Positions 14,937 through 28,494 of a stretch of DNA of 64,000 bases are shown here, piece by piece. A program made the position numbers and the translations under genes. A model generated the notes under the pieces. The model saw only the letters and a program-made list of their open reading frames with translations, had not been told where the DNA came from and did no database searches. This DNA is from the human T2T-CHM13v2.0 reference genome, Homo sapiens, in the NCBI RefSeq assembly GCF_009914755.1, contig NC_060929.1; one strand, given 5' to 3'. How positions within the stretch are numbered: position 1 is the stretch's first letter; every line of letters begins with the position of its first letter.

Positions 14937-15181
14937 TACGACTCCAGCTATGTTCTCTACTGGAATGTTCAATTTTTGTAGAAAAACCACGTGCGTTCTT
15001 TGTTATGTGGATTCCAGGGTGCGTTTTAGGTTTTCGGGCATTGCAAATGGTGACCTTTTTTTCAATGTATTGGTCACTTTTCATTAATAACTTGTTCCTA
15101 TGAAGCACTTCACAGTATTTTTGAAATATTAACATTTTTGTGGTACATTTGCCATATATGTTTCTTTACTCCATTTTTCAG

Positions 15182-15337
15182 TAAAGATAATTTATTTGGC
15201 TGCCAGTGTCTCATCATCGATAAGACCAGTGGAGGGTTTAGACCAGCTGTTTGTGGATTGTTTGAAGAGAGCTGTGTAAATCTGTAGTCCAGGGGAAATT
15301 CTCCTGTTACTTCAAAACTTGAAAGAGCAATAGTATG
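15182..15337 (+). other. Exon-like 156-nt segment within an insert in L1 (unidentified)
   Basis: Acceptor tttctttactccatttttcag|, donor ATG|gtaagt; length divisible by 3; every frame contains a stop. Confidence 0.3.
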
Positions 15338-15981
15338 GTAAGTACTGATTCTCTTACAAGACTATGAAGCCAGATGTCTGTACTTTCCAGTGCCCAAATT
15401 GAATGAATAATAGAGAGAACAGCCTAACACAGCAAGGGCGGGGCTGGGCGTGGTGAAGCTCCTGCTTCTCCTCCCGGGCACGCTGCCTCCCAGCACTCTC
15501 TGCGTTCACCGTCCAGAAAACACCATGACTTAGTTTTAGTTGGCTGTGTCACGGGTGTAAAGAGAAGCTGGTGGGCAGGTGAGTTGGCCACATATCCAGC
15601 AGCCTTGCCTAAGCTCCCTGCTAGTTCTGTTATCTTGCCTGCTGATTCCATGGGTTTATGTGATGTTATCATCTGCAAGGAATGAGGCCCTATCTTTTCC
15701 CTTCTGATCCTGACGGGTCTTCTGCCACTTTCATCCCTCAGAGCCTTAGTCCACCCCCTTAGTAGTGGGGCCCATGTGGGCTCACAGTGAGAAGATTCAT
15801 CTTCGCCAGGATTCTTGTTGCAGTCGGCTTTTGGGGTGTAGCAATTATGAAGTTAAGAAACTTTCTGTCTACTCTTAGTTTCCTGAGAGTTTTTAAAAGT
15901 CATATATAAGCACCAAACTGTGGTTTTCTCAATCTATGAAGATACTTGATATCAGCATTCTTAAAAATATATTTTAAAATT

Positions 15982-16218
15982 GGCCAGGCACAGTGCCTCA
16001 TGCGTGTAATCCCAGCACTTTGGGAGGCCGAGGCGGGCAGATCACCTCAGGTCAGGAGTTCAAGACCAGCCTGGCCAACATGGTGAAACCCCATCTCTAC
16101 TAAAAATACAAAAATTAGCCAGGCATGATAGCAGGCGCCTGTAATCCCAGCTACTTGGGAGGCTGAGGCAGGGAGGATTGCTTGAACTCAGGAGGTGGAG
16201 GTTGCAGTAAGCTGAGAT
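15982..16218 (+). mobile_element. AluS, 3'-truncated (no poly(A))
   Basis: Alu similarity ends at gttgcagtaagctgagat. Confidence 0.9.
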
Positions 16219-17741
16219 ATATGTATTTAAATTTCCAAGAGTGCACTTTTTTTTCAGTAATAGCTAAAAAAAAATCTAAGGGAACCAACTGTAGACACTG
16301 TAAGGTAACCAGTCAGGTAAGGATGGTAATGAACCAGCCTGGGCCACCAGCTCCACCCTCAGCCTAGCTGGGGACCCAGTGCAGGAGTGGAGAAGCCTCT
16401 GGGTGTGGAGAATTAAAATGAGACTGCAGGAAGAGAGGGCATTTCTGCCTGATGCAGAGGGGAGGTGGCTGCTAGGGTGGAGAGGGCCTGTTGGTTGTGG
16501 CCAAGGGGGCAGAGTCCAGTGAGCCCCATGGCCTCAGGTGAGCCATTGCCTCTCCCCCAGCCCCACACTGTTACAGGACCTAGAACAGCAACCTCAGTGT
16601 GTCCTGCAGGTGGGAGAGTGGGATCAGGTCCTCTAGAGTGAAACCCAGGTAAGAGCTGGCGCAGGGAGAATTGTGAGCTGGCCCCGGAGCTTCCCTTCCC
16701 TCCCCACACAGCCCCTGCCCTCACTGAGCACTGGCCAGCTATAGACAAAGGGGAAAGCTCTTGGAAGACAGCAGTCCCCAGGCTGCTGGATCTAGAAGGT
16801 CTGTGAGGGGCAGGGCCACTTGGTTGGAGGCAGCTCAGAGTGGCCATCAAGCCTAGACTGTGGGGCTCACTTTGGGCTCTTTGCCCTGGGGCACGCCCTC
16901 TTCCCAAATCCACCGGAAACATCCCGAGCTGCTGAAACTAGTCCCCCCGACACAGTGCTCAGCCTCAGACAAGGTAACTGATCCCCCAGGAGACACTGCT
17001 GACGACCACCCACAGGTAAACACAGGTGTCTAAACCTTTGGAAACAGATTGCCTCAGCAGGGAATGTGCTTTCCAGCGGCCACAGACCCCGCCACTCCCT
17101 TTTGTTCAGCATCTAACCTGATTGATTCGTGTTTCACTCCTGGCCCCTCTGGGGATTTGAATTTGCAAGTCCCCAGAGGCCCAGTTTCAGGTTCCTCCTG
17201 CCTTTACTGATCTAATAATGGTGACAGTGTGATTTTGTGCACAGCATCTGCCCCGGGACAAGCCGCATGATCTCCGTTTAGGGTAGAGCTACTCCTTCTT
17301 CTCCAGAGCACCATACAGGGCGGGGTGGGAATGGAACCAGATGATGACCCTGACACGTGTGAAGCACCGTCTCGCGCCACTTTGAGTTTTCTTCCAGTCG
17401 CTTGCTACCAAAGGATGTCCTGCCAGAGCCCTCAGGAAAATGAATAGCTTCTGATGGAGCTCAGACAACCACATCAGAGCAAACCCCTCGACGAGTCTGT
17501 TTATTTAATTGCCTGGTGATGGCCGTGTGGTTAACCCCAGCCTGGTGAATCTGTGAGAGATGCACTGGCTTCAATCAAATAGTCTCCAAAATGTATTTAG
17601 GGACAAGACAGATGACACCAGGATGTTATCCTTCCCAGGATTTCATGTGCTCCCAAGGCCTGGGGAGAAGGGGTCACCAACTCAAATGTGGGTGACAGAA
17701 GCAAGTGAGGTTAGAGGTGGGACACGTGTGAGGAAAATAAC

Positions 17742-17801
17742 ATTGCCCACTCAACATATCTATTGTCCACTCAACATATCTATTGCCCACTCAACATATC
17801 T
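17742..17801. repeat. Tandem repeat, 20-bp unit attgcccactcaacatatct, 3 copies
   Basis: Directly visible. Confidence 0.9.
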
Positions 17802-18005
17802 TTGCATTATTCTAACAGACATGGGTAGAGAGACTTGGTCAGGTAGAAATGAGAATAGCAGCATAAGTGTGAAGGTGAATGCAGCCGTCAGGCCAGACGC
17901 ATGCTGCCACGGGGTGGGCAATCCCATGGGACAGCCAGGATTTTTTGAGAGCGGCAGAGAGGCTAACTTTTAAACGAAATCTTCCTTTTTAAAAAAAGTT
18001 GGCTT

Positions 18006-18453
<448 letters not shown>

Positions 18454-18934
18454 TTAAAGCTAATGTTATCAGGCACTGGACAAGAGCCAGCCCCTGAAAG
18501 AAGGAAGCACATTTGGGTAGCCCATGCACACCCAAACTCCCAGCCTAGAACAGTCTCACCTGACCACAGCAAGGAGGCCGAGCCCAGCAGGCCCAGCAGA
18601 GAGAATGCAGGTACTGAGTTGAGGCAGAGGTTAGAGTTCTGGGCTGATGAAGCACCTGAAACTTAAAGAGGTGGATGACACAGAGGAGGGAATTATGTAG
18701 AGAGAGATTGCAGATTTCTGGCTGAGAGCTGGATGGCTCATGCGCAGGGGAAGACTGACAGACCCAGCAGAGAGCAGATGATGCACAGCTGGAGGCAGAA
18801 CTGAGATACCAAAGTTCATGCCCTGCTAGGAGACATGGGGGTTCTGGCCCAACTGGAATGAAGAGCAATCTTTAAGACATTCGGCCAAGCCGCTATATAA
18901 CCCACATTTTATGAATAAGGCCCACATCCTAGAG

Positions 18935-19148
18935 AAGTCATTCTCGATTTGGGGGTGGGCTGCTTTTTCCCCTTGTGACCATGTCTGGAGACATTTTTGA
19001 CTGTCATCAGGGGAGGTGCTACTGCCTGCCATCTTGTGGGTAGGGACCAGACATACGGCTAACCATCCCACATTGCACAAGACAGCCCCCCCACCACAAA
19101 GAATTTTCCAGCCCAAAATGTCAATAGTGTTGAGGTTAAGAAATCTCA
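18935..19148 (+). mobile_element. MER20 (hAT-Charlie non-autonomous DNA transposon)
   Basis: atgtctggagacatttttg...cagcccaaaatgtcaatagtg.tgaggtt.agaaa; 8-bp TSD tcctagag at 18927-18934 and 19149-19156. Confidence 0.9.
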
Positions 19149-19185
19149 TCCTAGAGTAAGTGCTACCCCAAACCCCTGTGGGAAC

Positions 19186-19563
19186 TGGTAGCCAGCCTTC
19201 CAGATGAACCCTAATAATGCTCACCTCCTTTTGTTCATACCCTTGTATAGTCCTCCCTACCATGGAGAGGTCCAAGTGGGAGGAGCAGAGGCTTCTAGCC
19301 AGCAGTCAGCAATGAGCAGAGGCCTGCCAACAAGCATATGAGTAGGTCTGCAAGCACACTCTGCAGCCATAATTGAGCCTTAGATGACTGCACCCTCCAA
19401 ACGACAGCTGGATGGCAACGTCCTTAGAGACTCTGAGCAAGAACCATTGAGCTAAGTCACGCTCAGATTCCTGATCTTTGGAAATGATGTAACAACAAAT
19501 GCTTTTGTTTTAAGGTGTTATTTTGTGGGGTAATTTGTTACACAGCAATAGATAACTAACACA
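19186..19563 (+). mobile_element. MLT1F-like MaLR LTR
   Basis: gagcctt.agatgactgca...gggtaatttgttacacagcaatagataactaacaca. Confidence 0.8.
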
Positions 19564-22532
19564 ACCCGGCCCTAGCAAAGCCTAAAACTAAGCCTTGATA
19601 CGATCAGGGAGAGCCACCAGTAAATTAACTGTCTGCCAGAACAAAACTCAAAACTCTTTAAAGGAAGAAAACATAATCCAGATTCCTTCAAGTGTATGAT
19701 CTACAATGACCAGCATATAGTAAAAAATTACCAGACACAAAAATAAGCAAGTAATATGGCACAATTTTTTAAAATAAAAAAAGCACTTGATAGAAAAGAT
19801 CCTCAGATGACCAAGATGTTGGAATCAGCAGACAAGGATTTTAAAAGCTATATTAAAAATATGTTTAAGAACTTAAAGGAAAACATGATCTTTATGAGTG
19901 AACAGATGTGAAATTTCAGCAGAGAAATAGACGTTCTGTTAAGGAAACAAGTGAAAATTCTATAACTGAAAACAAAATATCAGAAATCAAAATTTTACTT
20001 GCTTGAAAGCAAATTTAGGATGGCAGAAGAAAGTCAATAAACTAGACAGATTTATAAAAATTTCCACTCTGAAGAAAAGAGACCAAACAATAATTGTTAA
20101 ATCATGAACAGAATCTCAATGACCTGTGTGACAATGTTAAGCAGTCTAACATGAATGTAATTCAAGTCTCACAAGAAAGCAAAGAGAGAGAATGGAAAGG
20201 AAAAATATTTTGAAGAAATAATGATTTAAAATTTTCCAAATGTGGTAAAAACAAATGACAACAACAAAAAGCATCAACTTGCCAATCCAAGAAACTAAAT
20301 GAACCCCCAAGCAGATAAATACAATGAAAACCACAAATAAGTACATTATAGTCGAACTGCTGAAAACCAAAAATAAAGAGAAAATTTTGAAAGCAGGCAG
20401 AGCAAAATGGCAAAATAAATGCAGGGGAACAATGACACAAATGACAGCTGTCTTTTCATTAGAAACAATCAACCAACCACAGAATAACATGGATGAAGAA
20501 AGAAAAGAACTATAATCCAAGACTGTTATGTCCATCAAAATGTTCTTCAAAAGTGAGGATGAAATGAAGAGATTTTAGATTATTAAACATTGAAAGAATT
20601 AAAAGCCAGCAGACTTTCACCACCAGAAACTCTAAATAGAGTTCTTAAGCTGAAGAGAAATGACACCAGAGGAAACAGATTTACAGGAAGAAATGGCAGT
20701 GCTAAAAAAAAAAGTAAACATGTAAATTTAAAACACTAGCTTTTTCCTTAATTACCTTAAAAGACAAATGTCCGTTTAAAGCAAATGTAATAGCATTATA
20801 AGGTGGGGTTTATTATATATATATATATATATATTTAAAATTATGACAATAGTACAAAGGATGGGGAAGAAAATGAAGTTGTACTCTTATTAGTTTCTTA
20901 GATTTATGAAGTGTGAATAGTAATGTGTGAAATGAAACAGTATTAATTATAAGTAGACTGTGATAAGGACACGTATTGTAATCTCTAAACTACTAAAATA
21001 CAAAAATAAAAAATAGTAGCTAAAATGCCAATGACAGAGATTTTCCAAAAGAATACAACAAGATATTCAGTTATTCCCAAAAAAAGGTTATAAAAGAGGA
21101 AGAGGAGTACAAAGCACATAGGGCAAATATAAAACAAGTAGCAGATATTAGACTTAAAAACAGCTACACCAATAATTTAGTATAAATGAGCTAAATACTA
21201 ATAAAAAGTCAGTGATTGTCAGAATAGATTTTTTAAAGCAATGCCTGACTATATGAGTATAAAATATAAAGACACAGATAGGTTGAAAGTAAACAGATGG
21301 AAAAAGATATAGCATGAAAATGGTTAAAATAAGAAACATGGTGTGGTTATATTATAAGAAGGCAAAGTAGGCACCAAGACAAAATGCATTTCTTCAAATA
21401 AAGATGGACACTTCACAATGACAAAATGGTTAATTCAACAGAAAGTTATAAAAATCCTAACTTTGCACCTAATAATTGTCTAAAAATTCATAAAGCAAAA
21501 GTTGATTAAAAGACAGAGAAAAATAGACAATTCCCCAATCATAGCTGGAGATTTTAACACCTCTATCTCAGTAATTATAGAACAAAGAGACAAAAAGTCA
21601 GTAAGGATATAAAAGATTGGAACAACACTATCAACAAACGATCTAATTGACATTTTCAGAATATCTTACTATACAACTTCAAAAATACACATTTTTTTCA
21701 AGTGCAGATGGAATGTTCACCAAAATTAACCATATTCTGCACCATAAAATGTCTCAATAAATTTCAAAACATCAAAATCTTACAAAGTGTGTCTTGGTGA
21801 CAACAAAATTAAGTTACAAATCAATAACAATAATGTATCTAGAAAATTCCTCCAAAGTTTTGGAAAATAAACAATATACTTCTAAATAACTTATATGGCA
21901 AGAAATCAGCAGAGAAATTAGAAAAAATTTTAACTGAATGATAATGAAAACCAAAAAAATCAAATTTTATGGGATACAGTTAAATCAGTTTCTAGAAAGA
22001 AACATATAACTCTAAATGTTCATAATAGGGAAAAAGTAAAAATTAACAATTAATGGTTTAAGTGTACATGTTAGCAATCTAAAAAGAAAGAACATATTAA
22101 ACCCACAGTAAATAGAAGGAAAGAAATAATAAGGAGCCCAAATCAATGAAATATAAAACAAACCAATAAGAGATAAAAATAACAAAGCCAAAAGATACCT
22201 CTTTGAAAAATTAATCAAATTGAAAAATCCCAGTAAGACTGATCAAGAAAAAGAACACAAATTACAAAATAACTTTCTGTATGACAAACAAAAACTCTTT
22301 GTATTTATGTTGTACAACATGATGTTTTGATATATGTATACTCAAAATATCTGAAATGGAAGATAAGCTATCACTACAGATCCTACAGATACCAAAAGAA
22401 AAACTACTAAATATTATAAACAACTTTATGGCAATAAACTCAACAATTTAGATGAAATGGACGAATTCCCTGAAAAACACAACTTACCAAAAGTGACTCA
22501 AGAAAAAATAGAAAAAACGAATAGCCCTACTT

Positions 22533-22833
22533 TTCAGTATCCTATTGCTTCATAACCAGTCCCAAAGCTTAGTAACTTAACAATTATTTTGTTGTTGCTA
22601 AGTTAACTGACCTCAGCTGGGTGGTTCTTTTTTAAATGGTGTTGTCTGGGATGACTCACTCTGTTGCTTTCAACTGGCAGCTGGGCCAAACTGGAAAGTC
22701 CAAGAAGGCATTAGTCACATGTCTGGTACCTCAGTGCTCCTCCACATGATCTCCCCATGGGAGCTTCCTCATAGCATGGTGGTCTCAGAGTCATCAGACT
22801 TTCTACATCGTGGCTGGCTTCGAGAGAGAGAGC
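22533..22833 (-). mobile_element. MLT1H-like LTR fragment
   Basis: ctattgct.cataac...cccaaa.cttagt.actta...agcatggtggtctcag. Confidence 0.6.
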
Positions 22834-23083
22834 TAAAATTCTGAAATTGATATGCAAATGCACAGGACCTAAAATAGCAAAACAAACTTGAAAAAGAATA
22901 ACAAAGTTGGAAGACTCCCAGTATCTAATTTTCAAGACTCACTATAGTAATCCAAATTAGAATCATTGTAGCAAAAAGATAGACACATAGATCAACAGGA
23001 AAAAATGGAGTCCAGAAATAGACCCAAACATAGACCCTTAATTGATTTTCAACAAAAGTGCTAAGGCAATTTAACGGGGAAAA

Positions 23084-24250
23084 TGCATTCTTTCTCTATT
23101 GCTGCATAACACATTAGCACAAATTTATCAGAATAAAACAACACTGATTTATTATTTCACATATAATTATATATTTCACATTTTTCTATATGTCAGAAGT
23201 CTTTGCATTGTGTAAGTGAGTTCTCGGCTTAGGGTCTCAAAAGGCTAAAACCAAGCTGTCAGCCTGCATGTGCTCTCATATGGAACTTGGATTCCTCTTC
23301 CAAGCAAGCTCCTTTTGGTCATAGGATTGAAGCCCTCAGTTCCTGGAGACCGCTCCCTGTTCCCTGCCATGTGACCTTCTCCACAACAAGCTCTCACGCT
23401 TTGAATTTCTTTGACTTCTTTTAAGGTCAGGCCAAGAAAGGATAATCTTACTTCTGATTAACCCAAAGTCAACTGATAAAAGACTTTAATTCCCATTCCA
23501 GCTTCTAGAGCCGGCCTGATTTCCTTGACTCATGGCCCCTTCCTCCATTTTCAAAATCAGCAACAGTAGGCCAAATTCCTAGCACATTACATCATCTGAC
23601 CTTCTCTTTTGTCTCTCTCTTCCACGTTTAAGGATCCTTGTGATTACACTGAACCCACCCAGATAGTCTAGGATAATATCCCTATCTTAAGGTCAGCTTG
23701 AGGTAGGAGTCAGGACCTGACTCCAGACCAGATAGAAGACTGGCTGAAACAGGGAAGAGGCCCCAAAAGCACCTCTCTATGACATTCCCACCAGCACCAT
23801 GACAGTTTACCAGTACCATGGCAACTCCCGGAAGTTACCACATCTTTTTTTTAAAGAAATTTCTAAATAACCCAACTCTTAATTTGTGTATAATTAAAAC
23901 TGGGTATAAATATGACTGCAGAACTGCCCCTGAGCTGCTACTCTGGGCAAACTGCTTGTGGGTTAACCCTACTCTGAAGGAACAAAGCCCCTGCTGCTGC
24001 TGTACACTACCACTTCAATAAAAGTTGCTGTATAACAGCACCAGCTCACCCTTGAATTCTTTCCTGGATGAAGCCAAGAACCTTCCCAGGCTAAGCCCCA
24101 ATCTGGGGGCTCATCTGCCCTGTATCAAGCTGAGCAGCAACCTTAGTTCTGTCTGCTACCTTGACTTGTTTCTAACATGTACCATGATATTCAAGGTTCC
24201 AGGGACTAAGAAGTAGACATCTTTGTGGGGCCATTACTCTGCCTATCCTA
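23084..24250 (-). mobile_element. MLT1 LTR sequence(s) interrupted by MER41
   Basis: ctattgctgcataaca...ttccagcttctagag...cccacccagata.tc.aggataat..ccctatcttaaggtcagct|agctgagcagcaacctt. Confidence 0.7.
23699..24127 (+). mobile_element. MER41-family (ERV1) solo LTR
   Basis: TG...CA ends; 4-bp TSD agct; accatgacagtttac...ccatggcaac...ggaagttacc; TATA (tataaa) and aataaa. Confidence 0.8.
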
Positions 24251-24387
24251 GGAGACATCTCAGAATTTTTCCTACCACAGAAAAAGAGTAATCTTTTAAA
24301 CAAATGATGTTAGATCATCTGTAGAGAGAAAAAGTGAAACGCAATTCTTACCTCACACAAAAATTAATTAAATTAATAATAGATGTA

Positions 24388-25590
<1,203 letters not shown>

Positions 25591-25594
25591 AGTA

Positions 25595-25840
25595 ATGGGA
25601 AAAATTATTGTGCTTATAGATGGTATTAGGATTTAGCAGTACCTGTCTCAGTGGAAAGACATTTTCAAAGATGAAACGCATAAAATATCATTACTGGCAG
25701 CACTTGCAACAGATTTTGATGATGGGAAACATAACTTTCATCCCAGTTAAGTGAAAATGTTATCCCTCCTCCAAAATTCCATTTTCCTCATTAGAGAAAA
25801 ATTTACTGAATTATTGTTTTGAATTCTGTCAATTAAAAAA
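25595..25840 (+). mobile_element. hAT-Charlie DNA transposon fragment
   Basis: acattttcaaagatgaaa...gattttgatgatgggaaac..aacttt resembles the recalled Charlie transposase 3' end. Confidence 0.45.
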
Positions 25841-26863
25841 GTGAAACTACAAAACCTCTAGAAGAAAACTTAGGTGGAAATCTTCATGGCTTTGGGATAA
25901 CTAAAGATTTCTTAAGATACAAAAAAGTACTCTGCCACCATAAAATTTTTTAAACTGATATTGATTTCTAAAAATTAAAAACTTAGGATTTCCAAAAGTC
26001 ATCATTAATAAAATAATATGAAAGGAAAGATAGTTGCGATACATATATCTGAGAAAGGTCTTGCATCCAGAATACACACAAAACTTTCACAACTCAACAG
26101 TAAGAAGACAAACAACTCAATTTTTTTTAATGGGCAAAATATTTGAACTGACATTCCATGAAAAAAGATACATGAATGGCCAATAAGGACATGAAAAGAT
26201 GTTCAACATGTTCATCAGTGAAATTCAAGTGAAAACAATGAAGAATTATCACCACATACCGACCAGGATGGCTAAAATTTAAAAGACTGAAAATACCAAA
26301 TATTGGAGAGGATATACAGCAATTGATACTGTCATACAATGCGTGGAGTGGAAAATGGTGCAAACATTTCAAGAAACAGTTTGACAATTTCTTAAGAAAT
26401 TGAACACACACCCTCCCTATGAGCCAGCAATCTACCCCTAGGTATTTAACCAAGTAAAATGAAAGCATGTGTTCATAAAGATACACGCACAAGAATTTTC
26501 ATATGAGCTTTATTCATAATAGCCAAAAACTGGAAATAATACAAATGTCTGTCATCATTTAAACAGATAAATTGTGGCATTTTTATACAGAGGAATAATT
26601 ATTAGCAATAAAAAAATGTGGCATGCAACCCAGATGACAGACATTATGTTGAGTGACAGAAGCCAGGCACAAAGAGTACTCTAGGGTCCATTTCCATGAC
26701 GTTCTGAGTCAGGGGGCACTGAGCTGGAGTGGTCGATGTCCCAGGAATCAGTTCTGCTGCCAGGGAGGAGAATAGACTGGGAAGTGGCACAGGTAGCTTC
26801 CTGGATGAGGGAGGTTTCTTTATCTTGATTGAGGTGGTGGTTACATAAGTGTGTATGTTTATA

Positions 26864-26868
<5 letters not shown>

Positions 26869-26918
<50 letters not shown>
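26869..26918. repeat. (TA)25 microsatellite
   Basis: Directly visible. Confidence 0.95.
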
Positions 26919-26921
<3 letters not shown>

Positions 26922-27265
26922 TTTGGCTATGTCCCCACCCAAATTTCAACTTGAATTGTATCTCCCAGAATTCCCACGTATTGTATGAGGGACCCAGGGG
27001 GAGGTATGTGAATCATGGGGGCTGGTCTTTCCTGTGCTATTCTTGTGATAGTGAATAAGCCTCATGAGATCTGTTGGGTTTATCAAGGGTTTCTGCTTTT
27101 TGCTTCTTCCTCATTTTCTCTTGCCACCACGATGTAAGAAGTGCCTTTCACCTCCCCCCATGATTCTGAGGCCTCCCCAGCCATGTAGAACTATAAGTCC
27201 AATTAAACAACTTTTACTTCCCAGTCTCAGGTATGTCTTTATCAGCAGCATGAAAACAGACTAAT

Positions 27266-27268
<3 letters not shown>
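26915..27268 (+). mobile_element. THE1A solo LTR
   Basis: atggtttggct.tgtccccacccaaat...tgtatctcccagaattcccacg...cttcccagtctc.ggtatgtctttatcagcagc. Confidence 0.88.
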
Positions 27269-27313
<45 letters not shown>

Positions 27314-27320
27314 CATATAT
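27266..27320. repeat. (TA)n(TG)n microsatellite
   Basis: Directly visible. Confidence 0.92.
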
Positions 27321-27410
27321 AATAACTCACTGAACTGTGCACTTAAAAATCAATGCATTTTATTACATGTAAACTATATCCTAATATACTTGATTTTTAA
27401 AAACATCATA

Positions 27411-28011
<601 letters not shown>

Positions 28012-28494
28012 TCATATAGGCCAAATAAAGCATGTTTGTTGACTGAATGTGACTCACACACTACCAGTTTGCAAACTGAGCTAGAGAATCAAATGGGGTG
28101 AAGGTCAGTCCCCCAATCCTTCTGACCATGTACATGTGGGCCAGTTGCATTATGTGCTCTTAGGACAGACACTTTCATTTTTAAGGTTCTTTATTGGGGT
28201 GCAGGGATAAAGAAAAAAAGAAAGAGAAAGACAGAGAGAGGGAATGACAGAAGGAAGAAAGAAGGGAAGGGAAGGGAATGGAGGGAGACACCAATTACCA
28301 TCTGCTCCAACTCCTTATTTGGTCCAAATGAAGGTGACTGGTGTGGCCTGCCACAGATGCAATGGGGTGACCCCCCCTCAGCCTCAGGCTTGGTACCTCA
28401 GGCTCCCAGGCTTGTGAGTCAAGCATCATCTGAACAAACAAGGCATGCTCCATGCAGCTCCATCTTATGCTGCTGTAGTGACAGAAATGGGGCC

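Noticed and set aside
15178-15221. Minus-strand ATGATGA...CTGA (C/D box-like)
   Set aside because: Only ~40 nt long with no terminal stem; too short for a typical snoRNA.
27172-27184. PRDM9 hotspot motif in THE1A
   Set aside because: The sequence is cctccccagccat, the consensus form, not the hotspot-associated CCTCCCT..CCAC variant.
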